A stretch of DNA of 64,000 bases from Tubiluchus corallicola. Lineage: Eukaryota; Animalia; Priapulida. Location of the stretch: assembly GCA_030141605.1 (NCBI GenBank), contig JAQGDQ010002371.1:558001-622000 (forward strand). Reading direction: 5' to 3'. Positions 1 to 14,009 of this stretch are shown here, one piece after another. The stretch's first letter is position 1. Every line of letters begins with the position of its first letter. Position numbers and translations under genes: made by a program. The notes under the pieces were generated by a model. It worked only from the letters and a program-made list of their open reading frames with translations. It had not been told where the DNA came from and did not search any database.

Positions 1-556
1 AAAATGTGTACAATCTCATCTTATCTCAATTCTCTAATCTCCTATCTCTAATAAAAACACTGTTGGAATTTCAAGTTCCTAGTTCCTTTGGGTCACGGCT
101 ACTTTTGCCAACATCCGAAAAGCTCTAACTGCAAATTGGATGTTCAAGTTGGTTTAAAAAAAGAGCTAAAGATTTGGCTAGTTTTGGTGGTATTGAACTC
201 TTTAAAAATGCTTGATTATTGTTACTAAACTTAGAACATTCATTTGGTGCTAACAGAAAAGGGGATTTTCGTATATGTTTAAATACTATTTTTGTTCTTC
301 CCCAGCATGTAATGGCAACAAAATTGAGTTTTTATATAAAGGGTATGAACGGAATCCTATACATAAGAAAGCGTGAATAGGAATTTATACCTTCTAATAT
401 GTAGAACTCTGGGAATTCCCCTTTCTACAGGAATTTAATTTTTATTCCAATTCCATTCATTTTTCCACAAAAGGTATTCTCATAGGAATTCCACCGAATA
501 CCCATACATAAGAAATTAAAGTTAAGCATGCATGCTTTAAATAAGAGCGTACGTAC

Positions 557-3500
557 TTCACACGCAAACGCGAGACGTTTTTTCTCTCCTCCTGAAATGC
601 CTTTCATTCTGCCAGGAATACCAATCAGCGTATTCTCGCATGACTTGAGACTAAACTGCAATATTTAATGAAATCGCTTTAGTTCATGTTCTGGCTTGAA
701 ACATACATAAAATTTTCACTTTTCAGACCTTTTAGTTTTTTTATTTCATAGTTAGTATCATCGTAACTGAATAAGATGCTCAGATGACTATAAAATTAAT
801 ATTAATTGCTGCAGTTTTTTAAAAGTAGCAGTATAAAAATTTTATAGTACTTCAAAAGTTTTTACGGGAAATCAGAGTTTCGCTTGAGAGAAAACTAGAG
901 TTTCAAGCTGCTGTAATTTGCCTACTTTAAAACAAATAGAATTTTGTTCATATGTTGCGTGGAATTTTTTTGCACATGATAGCTTAAAAACGACATCTAC
1001 TTTATTAGCCTTTTCTCCAAAATTTAGCAATTAAATGTAATAAATATTCGTTACTTCAATCAACGCCTCTTCTACTTTTTCCATACGCTGTTGGTAAGAT
1101 AACTTTTCATCCATCCTTAAAAGAGCCTATAAATTGAAGAAATGTTTATTAAAACCAGCCAATCATTCTACGTATTCTCCCAACTTTGCTTTTAAAATAG
1201 CAGAACAGAAAAGTTTTAAAATTCGGACTGTTATATCTTTGAGTTTTCTGTTGCTCACGTGAATTTTAAGGATTCACGGTGGTAAATGAAACGTCTGCTA
1301 TAATACATTACATATAAAATGTACGGAGGAGGAAGATCAAGAGGTTGAGTAACACGAATGTGTGTGAATGAGTCTGTACTTCAATAAATAGGACCTTAGG
1401 TTCAACCTTGAATGTTATTGAGTTACCCATTCGGCGAAAGCAGCTGGATTTTATCACTAGAAATGCACGAAATAAATTGGTTTAGTTCAATTTTGACTAT
1501 TATCGCGTTTACTCATTTTTCTCGAAAGCACCTGAATTTTATTACTTGTAATGCAACTAATTTGCTGCTGCTTCAAACTCAGCAGCTTGGTCAGTCAGAG
1601 GGCATCATTTGCGATAAATTTTAAATAATAAATACAACTAACGTTTTATTTTAATCATTACTATTGAGCGAGTAAGGTTTCCAATCTACTTAGGTAAATT
1701 GCCTACATATAGTATTCTATTCTGTCTACCGCAACTAACACATGATGAGAGTACTATTGTTGTTTTAGTTATGTAGACAAGCTGAGTAACTGTTTTCAAG
1801 TGATTAAGCTTGTTTTCAGAAAAAAGTATCAAAAAGTAGGCCTACCTGAAACTTTAAATGTTCTCTCACGGTAAGCATACCAAGAAAGAGATCGTCTTGC
1901 TGGACATAGGCTGAAATAGATCGTATGCCAGGTCCAAGAAAATGGCCATTTATTTTCACCGTACCATGCAGAGTAAACGCACTAGTGTGCCTGTGCGTAA
2001 GCACATTTAATAGTGTACTTTTCCCAGAACCACTGAAATTTAGATTTACACTTATTTATTACATCTTAATGCAAAGAACAATACACATTTAATTTAGTCT
2101 AATACACATTTACATTTAACATGTAACATGTGATTATGTACCATGTGCAATAAAACAAAATAATAGCGACAGTATTATATCGACAATCGGATTGCCCGTC
2201 CCACTACCACGCGTGACGAGTAGCACAACTGTTTATATTTACGAAGTATGGATTCGCAGTAGCCAACTAATCCGACTTTAAGGATGCAGCTCCCGATATC
2301 GCGTACGAAACAATAGAAGCTAAGCTACTGATGATTGTTGGCAATACAATAAAAATCAATTTACAATTATTATATTCACATTAGGCAAAAAGACTGAAGC
2401 TCTATTTATTTGTAAATTTACAATTAAATAAAAACCACTTGCAAATTTAGTTAATAACTGTATTATAAGTCCAACACTTGAAAATTTTTAGTTGATTTGT
2501 TGCAAATTCTAATAAAATTACATTATCGTCAACAGATAGATCTCTGTAAGTTTTACTCTTCTTAAATTGAATTATTCATCTGTGCATAGGCTTATAACTT
2601 TGGTGAAGTATTATTCATATATGATTATACCTTGAAGACCACGATGACGACGACGACAAAATGATGATGATGTCAAGTGATGACGAAGATAATAACGATG
2701 ATGATGTCGGTGACAACAATGATAACGACAATGACGACAATGTTTTGACAGGGATGATGAAGAGATGAAGACAGTAACAGCGATGATTACTTTGAAAAAA
2801 ACTGCAATCATAAAGAAAATGATAAAGATTACCTGGCTCCCATAATGGCTAGCAGAGTTCCACCTTCTACATATCCAGTAACTATAACATGATAATACTA
2901 CGTTTCATAAACTTGACTGTACAGTTTGTTAATTTTACGCCCTCACATTCTGTTTAAGTAGATATCTGTTTGGTTTAGATTATGTTTATGAAAATTGTGT
3001 TGTCAATTTACGTATGTAGTTTAATTGGTCAAATTCGTTATATCATCTTTCAAAGAATTACTAATTTATTTTTTATTTTAACGCACTAATAAATTAGGTT
3101 AATAGTACTGTTTTAAATTTTTAGGCACCTGACAATGCTGTCGAAATGTTGTGTTCAAACCTTAGTTACTAGTAAAAGCATTTAGTAATGGGGTTTTACA
3201 TACTTAAGTATTGTGGTGTAATCTTGCGGTTTTAAGCAAACTATTCGCACTAATTTCTCTCCTTTCAAACATAAACTTAACAGAAATAATCGTGTTCGCT
3301 ACACTGTTTTGCTTATTCAATTATTGCTTCACATTGCTTTTCATCTAAGGAAGAATAATTGTCTATAAAAATGAAGAGCTACATTTGGTTGGTAGCTGAA
3401 AAGCATCAATTATGGTGCTGTGATAAGAAGAAAGAAAACTCACTGTCATTCTTGTCCTACATAAATAAACTTACACAAAATAAACATCAAAACAATAATA

Positions 3501-4197
3501 CCATTTCGAAGAACATGCTTCGCGTGTGTCCGTTTTCGTTGGTAACCCATATTTGAGTTGTGACTTTCATGATGTGTCCATACATTTATTTCCTCCCAAG
3601 TTAAGGTAATCTGAAAAAGTTGGACGTCGGATTAAGAGTGCACAAAATGAAACGTAACTAACTGACACGAAAAGGGCCGGTTTATGAAATGTACGTAGTT
3701 TGTACTACTGTGCCTAGTTTGTGTTAGGTTTGAAGCCCCAAACACTGCAGCATTTCCTGCATTTCATCCACTCGGAAAGCTTCTTCTACAACTGATAATA
3801 ATTTTGCTTATCACTCCTAAAGTCCTCTATCTCTCTGAAGGTTTAGCTTACTTAACTGAAAAGCTAGGCGATTGTAACTAACATATTTTTAGGGATGCCA
3901 TTAATAGCCTCAAAAAGAATTTTTGTAGAGGCCATTGTGGCTAATTAGCTAACCGGCAAATCGTTTCTAGCAGCAGATTTTTTATCTATTATCATCAACC
4001 TGCTATTAGACTATTCGACATGTTGTTTAAAAAATAATATTCTCACATTAAGTGCACAAAAATTTGGGCTCAATAATGTTCAGTACTGCAGTAGTTTTGT
4101 TTCATAAGCATGTACTGTTACAAAATGAGCCCTCGTTTATATATGTAATGGACCTTAGCAGATAGCTACTTCGATAATAATATTAATAATAATGATA

Positions 4198-4284
<87 letters not shown>

Positions 4285-4512
4285 AATAATAATAATAATA
4301 ATGTCACTTACCGTTTCAACCTCACTAATACCAAGCACACATGTAGCTAGGCGGTCAAGCAGCTTGATGTCCCTTGTTTCGAATTGAACAGCTGGTTCCA
4401 AATCATGTTCCACTTCACCCAGACTTTCTTCATAGGCTTTGTTTTCAATGCCATCTACATCTACATTTAACTGATCATCGTGAATAATAGGTTCGTGAAG
4501 CGAAGCAGCCAT
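557..4512 (-). CDS. White-like ABCG half-transporter, copy A (5' part only; continues beyond the left window edge)
   Basis: Six GT-AG exons that splice in frame: 4312-4512, 3502-3610, 2833-2881, 1846-2032, 1055-1126, 557-655. They encode [30 protein letters not shown] (Walker A), [10 protein letters not shown] (Q-loop) and [23 protein letters not shown] (signature). Exon phases match the other copies. Confidence 0.9.
2640..2790. repeat. Degenerate (GAT/GAC/AAT)n trinucleotide tract
   Basis: Runs such as ACGATGACGACGACGACAAAATGATGATGATG. Confidence 0.7.
4174..4302. repeat. (AAT)n-(AAC)n-(AAT)n compound microsatellite
   Basis: Seen directly; it explains the poly-I/V tail of ORF 4183-4512. Confidence 0.95.
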
Positions 4513-5192
4513 TCTAGCAAAGTGCTCATTAAAAGACAGCAGTGGTCTGTTCTAAAATATTAATCTCAAACCTTCTTGAAGCGCAATAACAAAAACAAAA
4601 TGATCACGCAAGTCCTAATTAATTCGTTCCACGCATGCAAATGTAATTTCAGAGTGAATTCAAGCTACGCGAAATAATTTTGTAAATGCGATAAATGCTC
4701 TATTTCAATAATTAAGGGTGAAAAACATATTAATTTAATTAAATAGAATACCTATGTGACCTTGGCTACACACTCGATCGCTTAATTGTGACTTTGACAA
4801 GGCTGATATATAGCTAACATTCTTCGTAAAACAGTGTTGTTGTAGTATTGTGAAGCACATACACATGCATTGTGATTGTGATTTTTTTGTAATTTATCAT
4901 GCATTCTTACCAAAAAATCTAATAAATTAACCATTTAGCAAGCATAATTAGTAGGTGAAAGTACAAAGTAGCCATCCAAAGTATAATATATGCAGGACTG
5001 TTGTTTTTAGTAAACAAAAATTTATGATACCTGTAATAATTAAACAAGTGCACGCGTGAGTGTGAATACGGTATAAAAACAGCAAGTAAAAATAACCAGG
5101 TTTGCGTACACAAATATTTTAATACAAAACGTTATACAGTTTTTATTGCATCACAAAGAATTATGTACAACTACACGCACGCACCTACGCGG

Positions 5193-5193
<1 letters not shown>

Positions 5194-5244
<51 letters not shown>
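5194..5244. repeat. (CA)n microsatellite
   Basis: Seen directly. Confidence 0.95.
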
Positions 5245-5245
<1 letters not shown>

Positions 5246-5515
5246 AAGTAAATAAATCATTCTAGATGAGACATAGTGTGATTAACAGCTAGAATCAAAC
5301 ATCAATTACCACCTTTGACAGCGTGTCTCATGTATACCAGTCTAAATTCAGCCTTGATTCAGGAAATTTAAAGCATATCTTTAAAACTCTTACAGTTTTG
5401 AAACAAATCAATATATTCAGATTAAATTCAACCTAATTTAGATTTTCAAAACTTAGATAATTAAGGGTTTTTAATTTTGCGCTTTAAAGACCAGACCAGC
5501 AGACGTCACATCAAC

Positions 5516-5617
5516 CTAGCTTGCTTTCCTGGTGCAGAATGACAGAATGCTGAAATCCAGAAACCTATGTCTGACTAGAAGCACAAATAACAAACCGATG
5601 TTCAGATACATGTTATC
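5516..5617 (-). pseudogene. Orphan terminal exon (exon 19) of a white-like ABCG paralog
   Basis: 102 nt, same length as exon 19 of B/C/D. It reads DNMYLNIGLLFVLLVRHRFLDFSILSFCTRKAS* versus [33 protein letters not shown] in B. The acceptor is CGG instead of CAG (5620-5618). Flanks ~5450-5510 and ~5820-5935 resemble the B/C 3'UTR and intron 18. Confidence 0.8.
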
Positions 5618-5998
5618 CCGAAAAAAGACACAGAGAAAACATTATAGCAAGCTTACAGAAGAAAAAATGAGTCAGACTGGCTTATAGACCAAATTGCTGT
5701 TAATGCTATATGACACTTGCTATAATGCTATGTTTGTTTTAACACGGCTAACCAGTCACACAGTACCAAACATTTTCTTCAATAAATGAACTCAGTAGTG
5801 GGATATCGCTCAACTACATCAATTTCTGTCTGGCTTCTTAAAGCATGCGGTCACAAGTCCTAAAAACTGAAACTTTTTGTAGCACGTATCTGCTCTCTAC
5901 ACCTCGTGAAACAAAAGCTCTCTTTGTAAATAGAAGAATACATAGAAGATAAATGCAAGATCAGCAGTTAAATTAATATTTATTAGCTGGTACTAACA

Positions 5999-6088
<90 letters not shown>

Positions 6089-6105
6089 TATTTATTTATT
6101 TTATT
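5999..6105. repeat. (ATT)n microsatellite
   Basis: Seen directly. Confidence 0.95.
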
Positions 6106-9100
6106 TCAGACATTTATATTCCATAGAAGAAGAATAAAATAAGGCACAAGTAAAAACACAAAGTTAGCTTACAGAAACGTAGTAAACTTATATACAAGAA
6201 AGGTCTTATATCGTCTTAAACTTAGATCGTCTTTCTTTTGTTGAAAGATACATAATACATAATAATACATAATTTTGATGCATAACAATTTAGGACTACT
6301 TCTCAATATTTATGCTGTTTATTTACGCTGCAGTTTGACGAGTCTAATGCTACTATAAACACATGCAAATTTAACTTTCTAAACAGCTTTAGCTTAGAGT
6401 AAATCTTGTATATTGGCCACTGTCTTCACCCATTAATGACGTCATATCCATTTCTGCAGTGGCACCAGTCTTGGTACTACATGCTGCACTTTGAACTTTG
6501 AAGCAGAAATAATCTTATGTTCGATGTTGTAAACGATGAACTCCTCAAAGAAATCGTAAAAAGTATCACATGTATCCCCCTACCGGACAGCCCAGCCCAG
6601 CCCAGCCATAAAACTGTCAATTTGAAATTTGTGCAAAATACAGTTTAGGTACGACACAATATCTTGACAGCAATACGCCTGACACTTTTTCTGAAACCAG
6701 AAATTTCCAAATTGCCTGTTTTAAATATTAGCCGTATTGTGATATTGCTGACCTTAATCAGAATTAGGATTACTGGAGAAATTGATAAAATGACCTACGC
6801 CGTAACAAAAACCTATTGACGTCACTTGACTCACTACTTACACAAAGACTGTAAATGTCGTATCTATTGATGTCAACACCCCCAACCTCCACTGCCGTTA
6901 TCACCTAACCTCTAATGGCGTTAAAGTTAAAAAATCAGCCTAAGATATTTCATCTTTTTGAAAAGTTTTGCATATTTCCCCCAAAGGTCAAAAATCAACA
7001 TGATGGCTGAAGCAGCTCCATGTTTCTGACTTTGCCCTCTTTTATGCTACCAACTATTGGTCTTACTTATTAAACATAGTTGTAACTACTGCTTAATTAG
7101 GTCTAAGTTAACAGAAGTACAATGCTAAGAAATTCACTAAATATAGGCTTGAGCTTGAAGTAAAAGTTCCAAAAATTTATGCTGAAGGAGCGCATAAAAC
7201 TGCAATTCAGGCTAGAAAAAGTAAAAATACGTTCTTTTTGGGGTGGCAAAAAAACTTTCATAAAGCTTCAATAAATTATTAGTCCTGCTCTGGCTGATTC
7301 ACTCTGAAGTTTTAAGAACAGAATTGATTATATGCCACTAGTTTAATCAAAATTGAAAGTCAGTAGAATGATCTAATCCAAGTTTTGCATGGAAGACATT
7401 TTCGACCCGTTTAACAGGTGAAATGTAAAAAAAGTAAAAAAAAATACGAAACTGAAATGATAAAGTTATCTAGGAGGATGGGATTTCGCAAGAAAACTCA
7501 TGGGCACAGGAAACAGATTGGATTAATCAGCACTGGAAACAGACTAGATTCACAACGGCACAGGAAACAGGTTGGATTCATTTTTACGCCAGGTGTGCAG
7601 CTTCAAAAGTGCAGCCGGTTCATCCACCCGATAGCTTCATACTCTCATGAGCACAAGTTTACCCGCCATAGTGATTATATCATTCAATTTGAGCATCAAA
7701 AGCAATTTAATTTTTAAGCAGCAGGATTCGTCTAATATCTTATTTGACTTTTGACAAAAATTTCTCAACAAGATCTTATATAAAATATTCGAAGTCAGTA
7801 GGTCAGTTGCTCAAATGGCTCATTTTGTTCAGCAACATAACCTGGAGCAAAGTGCGATATCACCTAATAAAATGCGCCAAATAGTCTTCTTTAAATTCAT
7901 GGAAGAAACAATTTAACTATTATGTGCGATTAATGCCATAACAAAAACTCAAGTGTTTGTAATAATACTTAAAGAGAAACAATAGGGAACTTTCACAAAG
8001 AATTTTCCGTACAAAGTCCTGTTATGTAGCATTACCCTTATGTACTTGTGTGATGTCTTATGTAATTGAAAAATAAAGTTTGTAATCATTTAAAATGTGT
8101 GCGCGAACTGGTAAATACATTTCAGGGTGCACAACTGGGTCACCAAAAAATACAATTGATCTTATTGACAATGTAAAGTACTTGAAGCTTTTGCTTAGTT
8201 GTCGAAGAATAAGCTACGAAATTGTTTAAAATGGTTTACCGTTAAAATTTAGTAAGTAGCAAATTCTGAGGAGCATTTTCTTGTGCTTTTATTATTTTGA
8301 TAACTCGGTCAGTATGGTGATAATCGTACATAGTAGTCGACTGATTTCGAATTACATCCAGAAGTGGTCTTCTCTACTGCTGATATCTCAAGGCACACGC
8401 GTACTGTTGCCCCCGTCCCCTGGCTATGCAAACAAATGGCGCTTGAAAAGAATGATAATTTAGTTAACTACCTTAGTAGAATATTCGTTTTGTTAAATTT
8501 AAAGATATGACCTTTTTAAAACAGCAGTTGTTACCACAAAACAGAAAAACATGGAGCTGAAAAAGCAAAACATGTAAACAATGGAGCTAAAGAGCAAACG
8601 TGTAAATAACTATATAAATGTATATAAGAAACGAGTTAATCTAATGAACAAATCATTTGAAAAGAGCTGCAGTTCAACTCAAGTTGCACAATATACATCG
8701 TGTGTTGGGGTCTGAGTCATTAATGCTGTTACAGACTCACGATTACATTTTGGTACCAAGTTTAACTTAACCGGAAATGCGGAAAAGTTGAAGTGAAGTC
8801 TGGATTTAAAAGAGGGACATTCTGTTTACAAGACATCATGTATTTATGACCGAACAAAAATCATAGACGGTTTCTTACTATCAAAAACCGTTTAAGTTAG
8901 ACCGAATAAACTGTCCGGTGATTTCGAAGCTTATCAAGTAAAAAAGCTGTAGCTGTAACGAACAATCATGATTTGACACTTTAGTCCGAAATAAGCAGAT
9001 ATTAGCTTAGAGCTGAAACTTTTAAAATCCTAACTATACTAAATAAACATAGAATTAAATTAACTCTAGCTAATGATTATAAAAACAAAATTAGTTACAT

Positions 9101-10878
9101 ACCTCTTCGTCATGTTAAAACACTTGTCAAAAATTCAGAAGTTTTTGGTCAAAAGTCTATAGCTGATTCGAATTTAGAACGCAGACGCCTGTAATCAAAA
9201 ATCTTTAGTTAGTCTGGCAGGAAAAGCGCGGATTATTAAAATTACTACTCGATTAATTATAACATATCGTAGTCAGATAATTTTCCAACTGGTTATTCCC
9301 AGTCGAATTTTCTGCTGGTTTGTTTCCGTTTCGCCTTGTCTCAATGACAAAAAAATTAAATGGAAAAATCGATAGAACAGGACAGGCAAACACATATTGA
9401 GAAGAAACAACGGATAGCAAGAGATATTCAAGCTTTGAAAATAAAATCTGTAAAAGAACATTATACAGCTCTGGCTGATGTAATTTAAGTTACGCCTGTT
9501 TAATGCAGGCAACGACGTAAACGAGTCCGTCAACGTGAAACCTAGTTTGTTATTTGTAAACCCTCAAATTAATTTTTGTGTAGGCTTATATAGGATTTAA
9601 ATTTATTCGAACTAGAATTAAAGCTGTAAACTTTTAATCTTAACTTCTAACCAGTAGGCTTGGTAAGCAAAAGTGTGTGACCACTTGTAACAGTGTCCGC
9701 CATAACTTATTTTGACCAGTAAGTCTACTTACACAGCTCACTGTACCGTACGTTGACTCAGCACAGAACAATAGAACAAATATTAAATGCACATAATATA
9801 TAAAGCACCATAATTACGCTTTGACCATTGACGTCTCTAAGCCGAAAGAGTAATTTGGACGTGTCACGGGTTTTTATATGCAGACTGCAGTGTATCCTGT
9901 TCCTTGCGTAGCATGTATACAGAATGTTTTATACGGTTTATTTTACCACCGGTAATAATAGTTTCAAGACCATCATGTGCCTTCGTGCTAAAGTATTCTC
10001 TCTCTCACTCTCATCGCTCGCTCTCTCTCTTTCTGTTCTCTTTGTCTTTGTTTTTCTGTTAAACACTTTCTGACTATTATTATCAATTTTTCTTTCACTT
10101 TTTTCTCCTTGCTGTTGAGCTCTTTCTTTTGTATTTTTATTCATTTATTTCATTCGGTTGCTTAGACAATGAAAAAAATCACAATATCGGACATAATATA
10201 CAGACAATGACGACATATTACAAATATATACTAGAAAAAATACTAGAAAGTTAGGAAGCTTTTATTGACACACTGCAAATAACAGTAGCCTACAATCACT
10301 TATACATATTATAATATTTTTGCAAAGAATCGCATAAATACTGAAAGAACCCGAAGCGTTGAACGTGTGTTAAACAAATCAGACTATTTAATCATTTAAT
10401 CATTTAAATCCTCTAGATTTTAACATTGTATAACATCTTAATAATATGTAGCATGTATGGGTGTCCTGCCATAAGCCATAGTTTCTTAGGTCTCCCTTTA
10501 TTATCTTTTTTAATAACAGTGATCATTTTCGCGTAATTTTTTTTACTTTATTGATTATATATGTATTTCAAAATTAATGTGATTGCGATATATGTTAAAT
10601 CAATAAATTATTTTAAGGTTGAATTGAATTTGAGCATTTCGGCTTTATAAACTGCCGCTGTAAAAACCTATTACATGTCCACGGTAAAGAAAAAACTAAA
10701 TGCAAAACAGTGAGTTTGTTGGATTTAGGAATACATTGCTGATTTAGCACTTTAACAAGGAAATACTAAATTTAAGTGTAGATAATTAACTTCGGATTGG
10801 AAAAGCTTCAACATAAGATAAGCATCGACTTTAATTTTGCACTTTAAATGCATCTATTTCTGGCATCATGTCATCAAC

Positions 10879-13800
10879 CTAGCCTTTATTCCGTGTTTGA
10901 AATGAAAGAATGATGAAAGCCAAAAGCCTGTATCCAGCCATCAGAACGAATAACAAGCCAACGTTCAGGTACATATTATCCTGTGAAAAGGACAAATAAA
11001 AACAATGTAACTATATTATGTAAGGAAAATAAGGAGTCCAAAACTTGGATTACAGCAAAAATGTTCTCATAGAATTATCAAAACTAGATCACAGTTGTTT
11101 GCTCAAGCTTATAGCATAAGAAAATGTCAAAAATTTCTTCCTGAGAATATTGTGCCACACTCATGTACTGTTAGCTTTCGCTGAACCTTTTCATCCTTCT
11201 GGCTTTTTGAAATAATGAGAGTCTCGAAATTCATAAAACCTGAAAATTCTGTTAGCGTGTATCACCACTGACATCCATTTCAAACAGTTTTCTTATGAAT
11301 AAAACTGCTGTGTTTTGACATACACAGAAACGATTTCTGTTAAGATACCTCTTTAAAGTTGAACTGGTGAAGCACAGCTGTCCCATTATGTATGCAAGGC
11401 CGCTGAGTTTCGTTGCCATTTTCACATGCTATAAATTAAACATGTAATGAAAGTTCCATATAATATTTTAATAATTCACAGTATTAAGATAAGCCTAAGT
11501 TGATAAATTGTCTACACAGAAAAATTTCGAATAATAAAATATGCCAAATTGCACTAAACTGTGATTAACAGAATTTATTGATGGAACATTTATATGCTAC
11601 CCCCAGCACAAATACTTGCGTATTTCTGTAACATCTTTCCATTGGTTGATGTTCAGAGCCTCATTCCCGTATTTAAACCAGCTGAGATATTCAAGCCATA
11701 TAAAATATACAGGAATCGACCTGGAAATACACATTCATATTATAATTCAGATGTTTCCGCAATGCCTTTTGCCATCATCAATGTGAACCAAAACGTGGAA
11801 AAAATCGTTCATGATAGCAAGAGGTTTTGCCGCATGCCCCTGAATAACGGACAAAAAAGTTTTGAGGTCTACGTTGAAAATTTTTTCGCCTGCGTTCCTG
11901 GTTTTACTCTTAATTTAATATCTGACTCAGTCCTCAAATTAATTTTCTGCCATCTGCTTAGCCAGCTGTTCTATCTACACGTTCTTAAACAGTGATAGAG
12001 AACAGGCAAAGCCCTATCATTACATAGGGCACCTATATAATAATATTAATACATTATAACTATTGTTGTTTGGTAAATTTAACTTACTCCACATTCAGTA
12101 ATAGACCACCAAACAGCATCATTGCCATAAGAAATGGCGCAGCAGCGGCCCATACAATCTCCGGATTGGAGGAGAAGCAAGACATCATATAACCTGGAAA
12201 GGAAATTAAAAAAACGATGAGTTGATGCAAAGAAATCTTGCCAATCAAAGTTAATCAAGGTCATTCAAATTAAAGTGTTAAGTAACCTTTGCCTACAAAC
12301 AGAAACATAAGCCATGCAAAGACTACCTCTTAAAAACAGGCTGGTTTAAAAAAGAGACCTAATCTAGTCTGTTGCTCATCAATTAAGGCAGAATTACCTA
12401 TTACATAATTTTCTATCTTAATTATAAAATGAATCGTTTGTGTAAAAAGATATTCACCTTGTCTGGAACATTTGGCAAACACAGCAGGCTCCTTTTACTG
12501 CCTGCCTGGTATATGCAAATTTTATGTTATTGTTAGTACAACAGTACAACAGTATGTTATATTCTCTCCTATACTATTTCTGCAAAAATGTGAACTGCCA
12601 CAAAAAAACATTCGCCTCGTCTAAGGCATCTGGCAAACACAGCAGATTTCATTTACAGCATGGTACATGCGAACTTCATCTATTGTTAGTACAGCATTAT
12701 ACTATGTGTTCCTCACTTTGCTAAAGCATGTGCAAATAATATGCAACTGCTGAGCAGTGTTAATTGTTGCACATAATTTATACTGTTGTTAAAATAATCT
12801 CGTTCCATTGTTTATTTTAATGTCTTTTTACAAATTGTGCTAGAGGTTTCGCTTTTGTACCTTCTTGCACTTAAAATTATCAGCAATAGACTTTTATTTT
12901 ATACTTTAATTGATACTGATGCCATATTTCTGCATGGCACTTACTGAACCAAAATATGACACAGATACTCAGAGAAATTGTTGAAAAAAAATTACAAAAT
13001 TAGAATATCTTGTATGGTCGTAAGCTTACCGAATGACGCTGATACATTAGCTATTAAAATGAGAATTCCAGCGCAAACAAAAAAGTGCGACGCTGAATGA
13101 TATAAACCTGAAAAAAACACAGAAAACTACTCAATAAGTAAAACATACATCAAAGTTTAAAATAAAAAGCTCACTACAAAATAAAAAAGCGGGATAAGGA
13201 TCCATTATTACTTACCCACCATAAAATAGTGTATAAGCGTAAACAGAAATGGCAACAGGATGAAAAATGGTAGCTGAAAGAACAATGGTAGTTGAATGAT
13301 ACAATAATTTGAAAGATTACACTATTATAGCTCAAAACCACTAAATGCCTAATATGGAGTTTTAGTTTCTCTGTGTGATATTTCATATTACTATTTCTTA
13401 ACGAGATTAAATATTTCCCATAAGTATGTAATATTTCTTCCTTTTTCCTAAAACCTTACAGCATCGAAAACTGATGTTGCAGACTTTCAGATTTATAATT
13501 AAGTCTGTATTACCTCACACCTTAATTACGAATGCAGCTTTGCAAAAATTCTACATTAAATTAAACACATTTATCCAATATCACTTACTTGCTTTAAATA
13601 ACTCTTATCACTAATTTCATCGGTGTATATAATATACAGCCCCTACCTCTGCCAGCATTTTGCTGAGGAAATATGTGTCCAACCTATAGCTAGCATTAAA
13701 GTGCTCCCTCAGAAAAATGACACACTCTTCACAAAACACCTGCAAGCAGAACCAACTAAAAGTACATGTATTTTAAAAATTGCGATATTGTACAGTTATC

Positions 13801-13954
13801 GAAGGATTTTACTATAACGTAGAAATGCATTAAGTCAAGCAAAACATTCTTAAATTCATAAAAATTTAACAGAAGTAACAAAACATTTACTGTTGTGTTA
13901 CTTTTATTAATGGAACATTTTTTTCATTTTCATGACTTTACATGTGCCCATGTG

Positions 13955-14009
<55 letters not shown>

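Noticed and set aside
7503-7580. Three ~25-29-nt GCAC(A/T)GGAAACAG repeats, superficially CRISPR-like
   Set aside because: A degenerate minisatellite with no unique spacers, no cas genes and a eukaryotic context.
11594-11995. 133-aa plus-strand ORF conserved at 24567-24962
   Set aside because: It is antisense to exon 17 and intron 16. The conservation reflects the recent duplication, the C-termini differ by a frameshift, and D has no equivalent.
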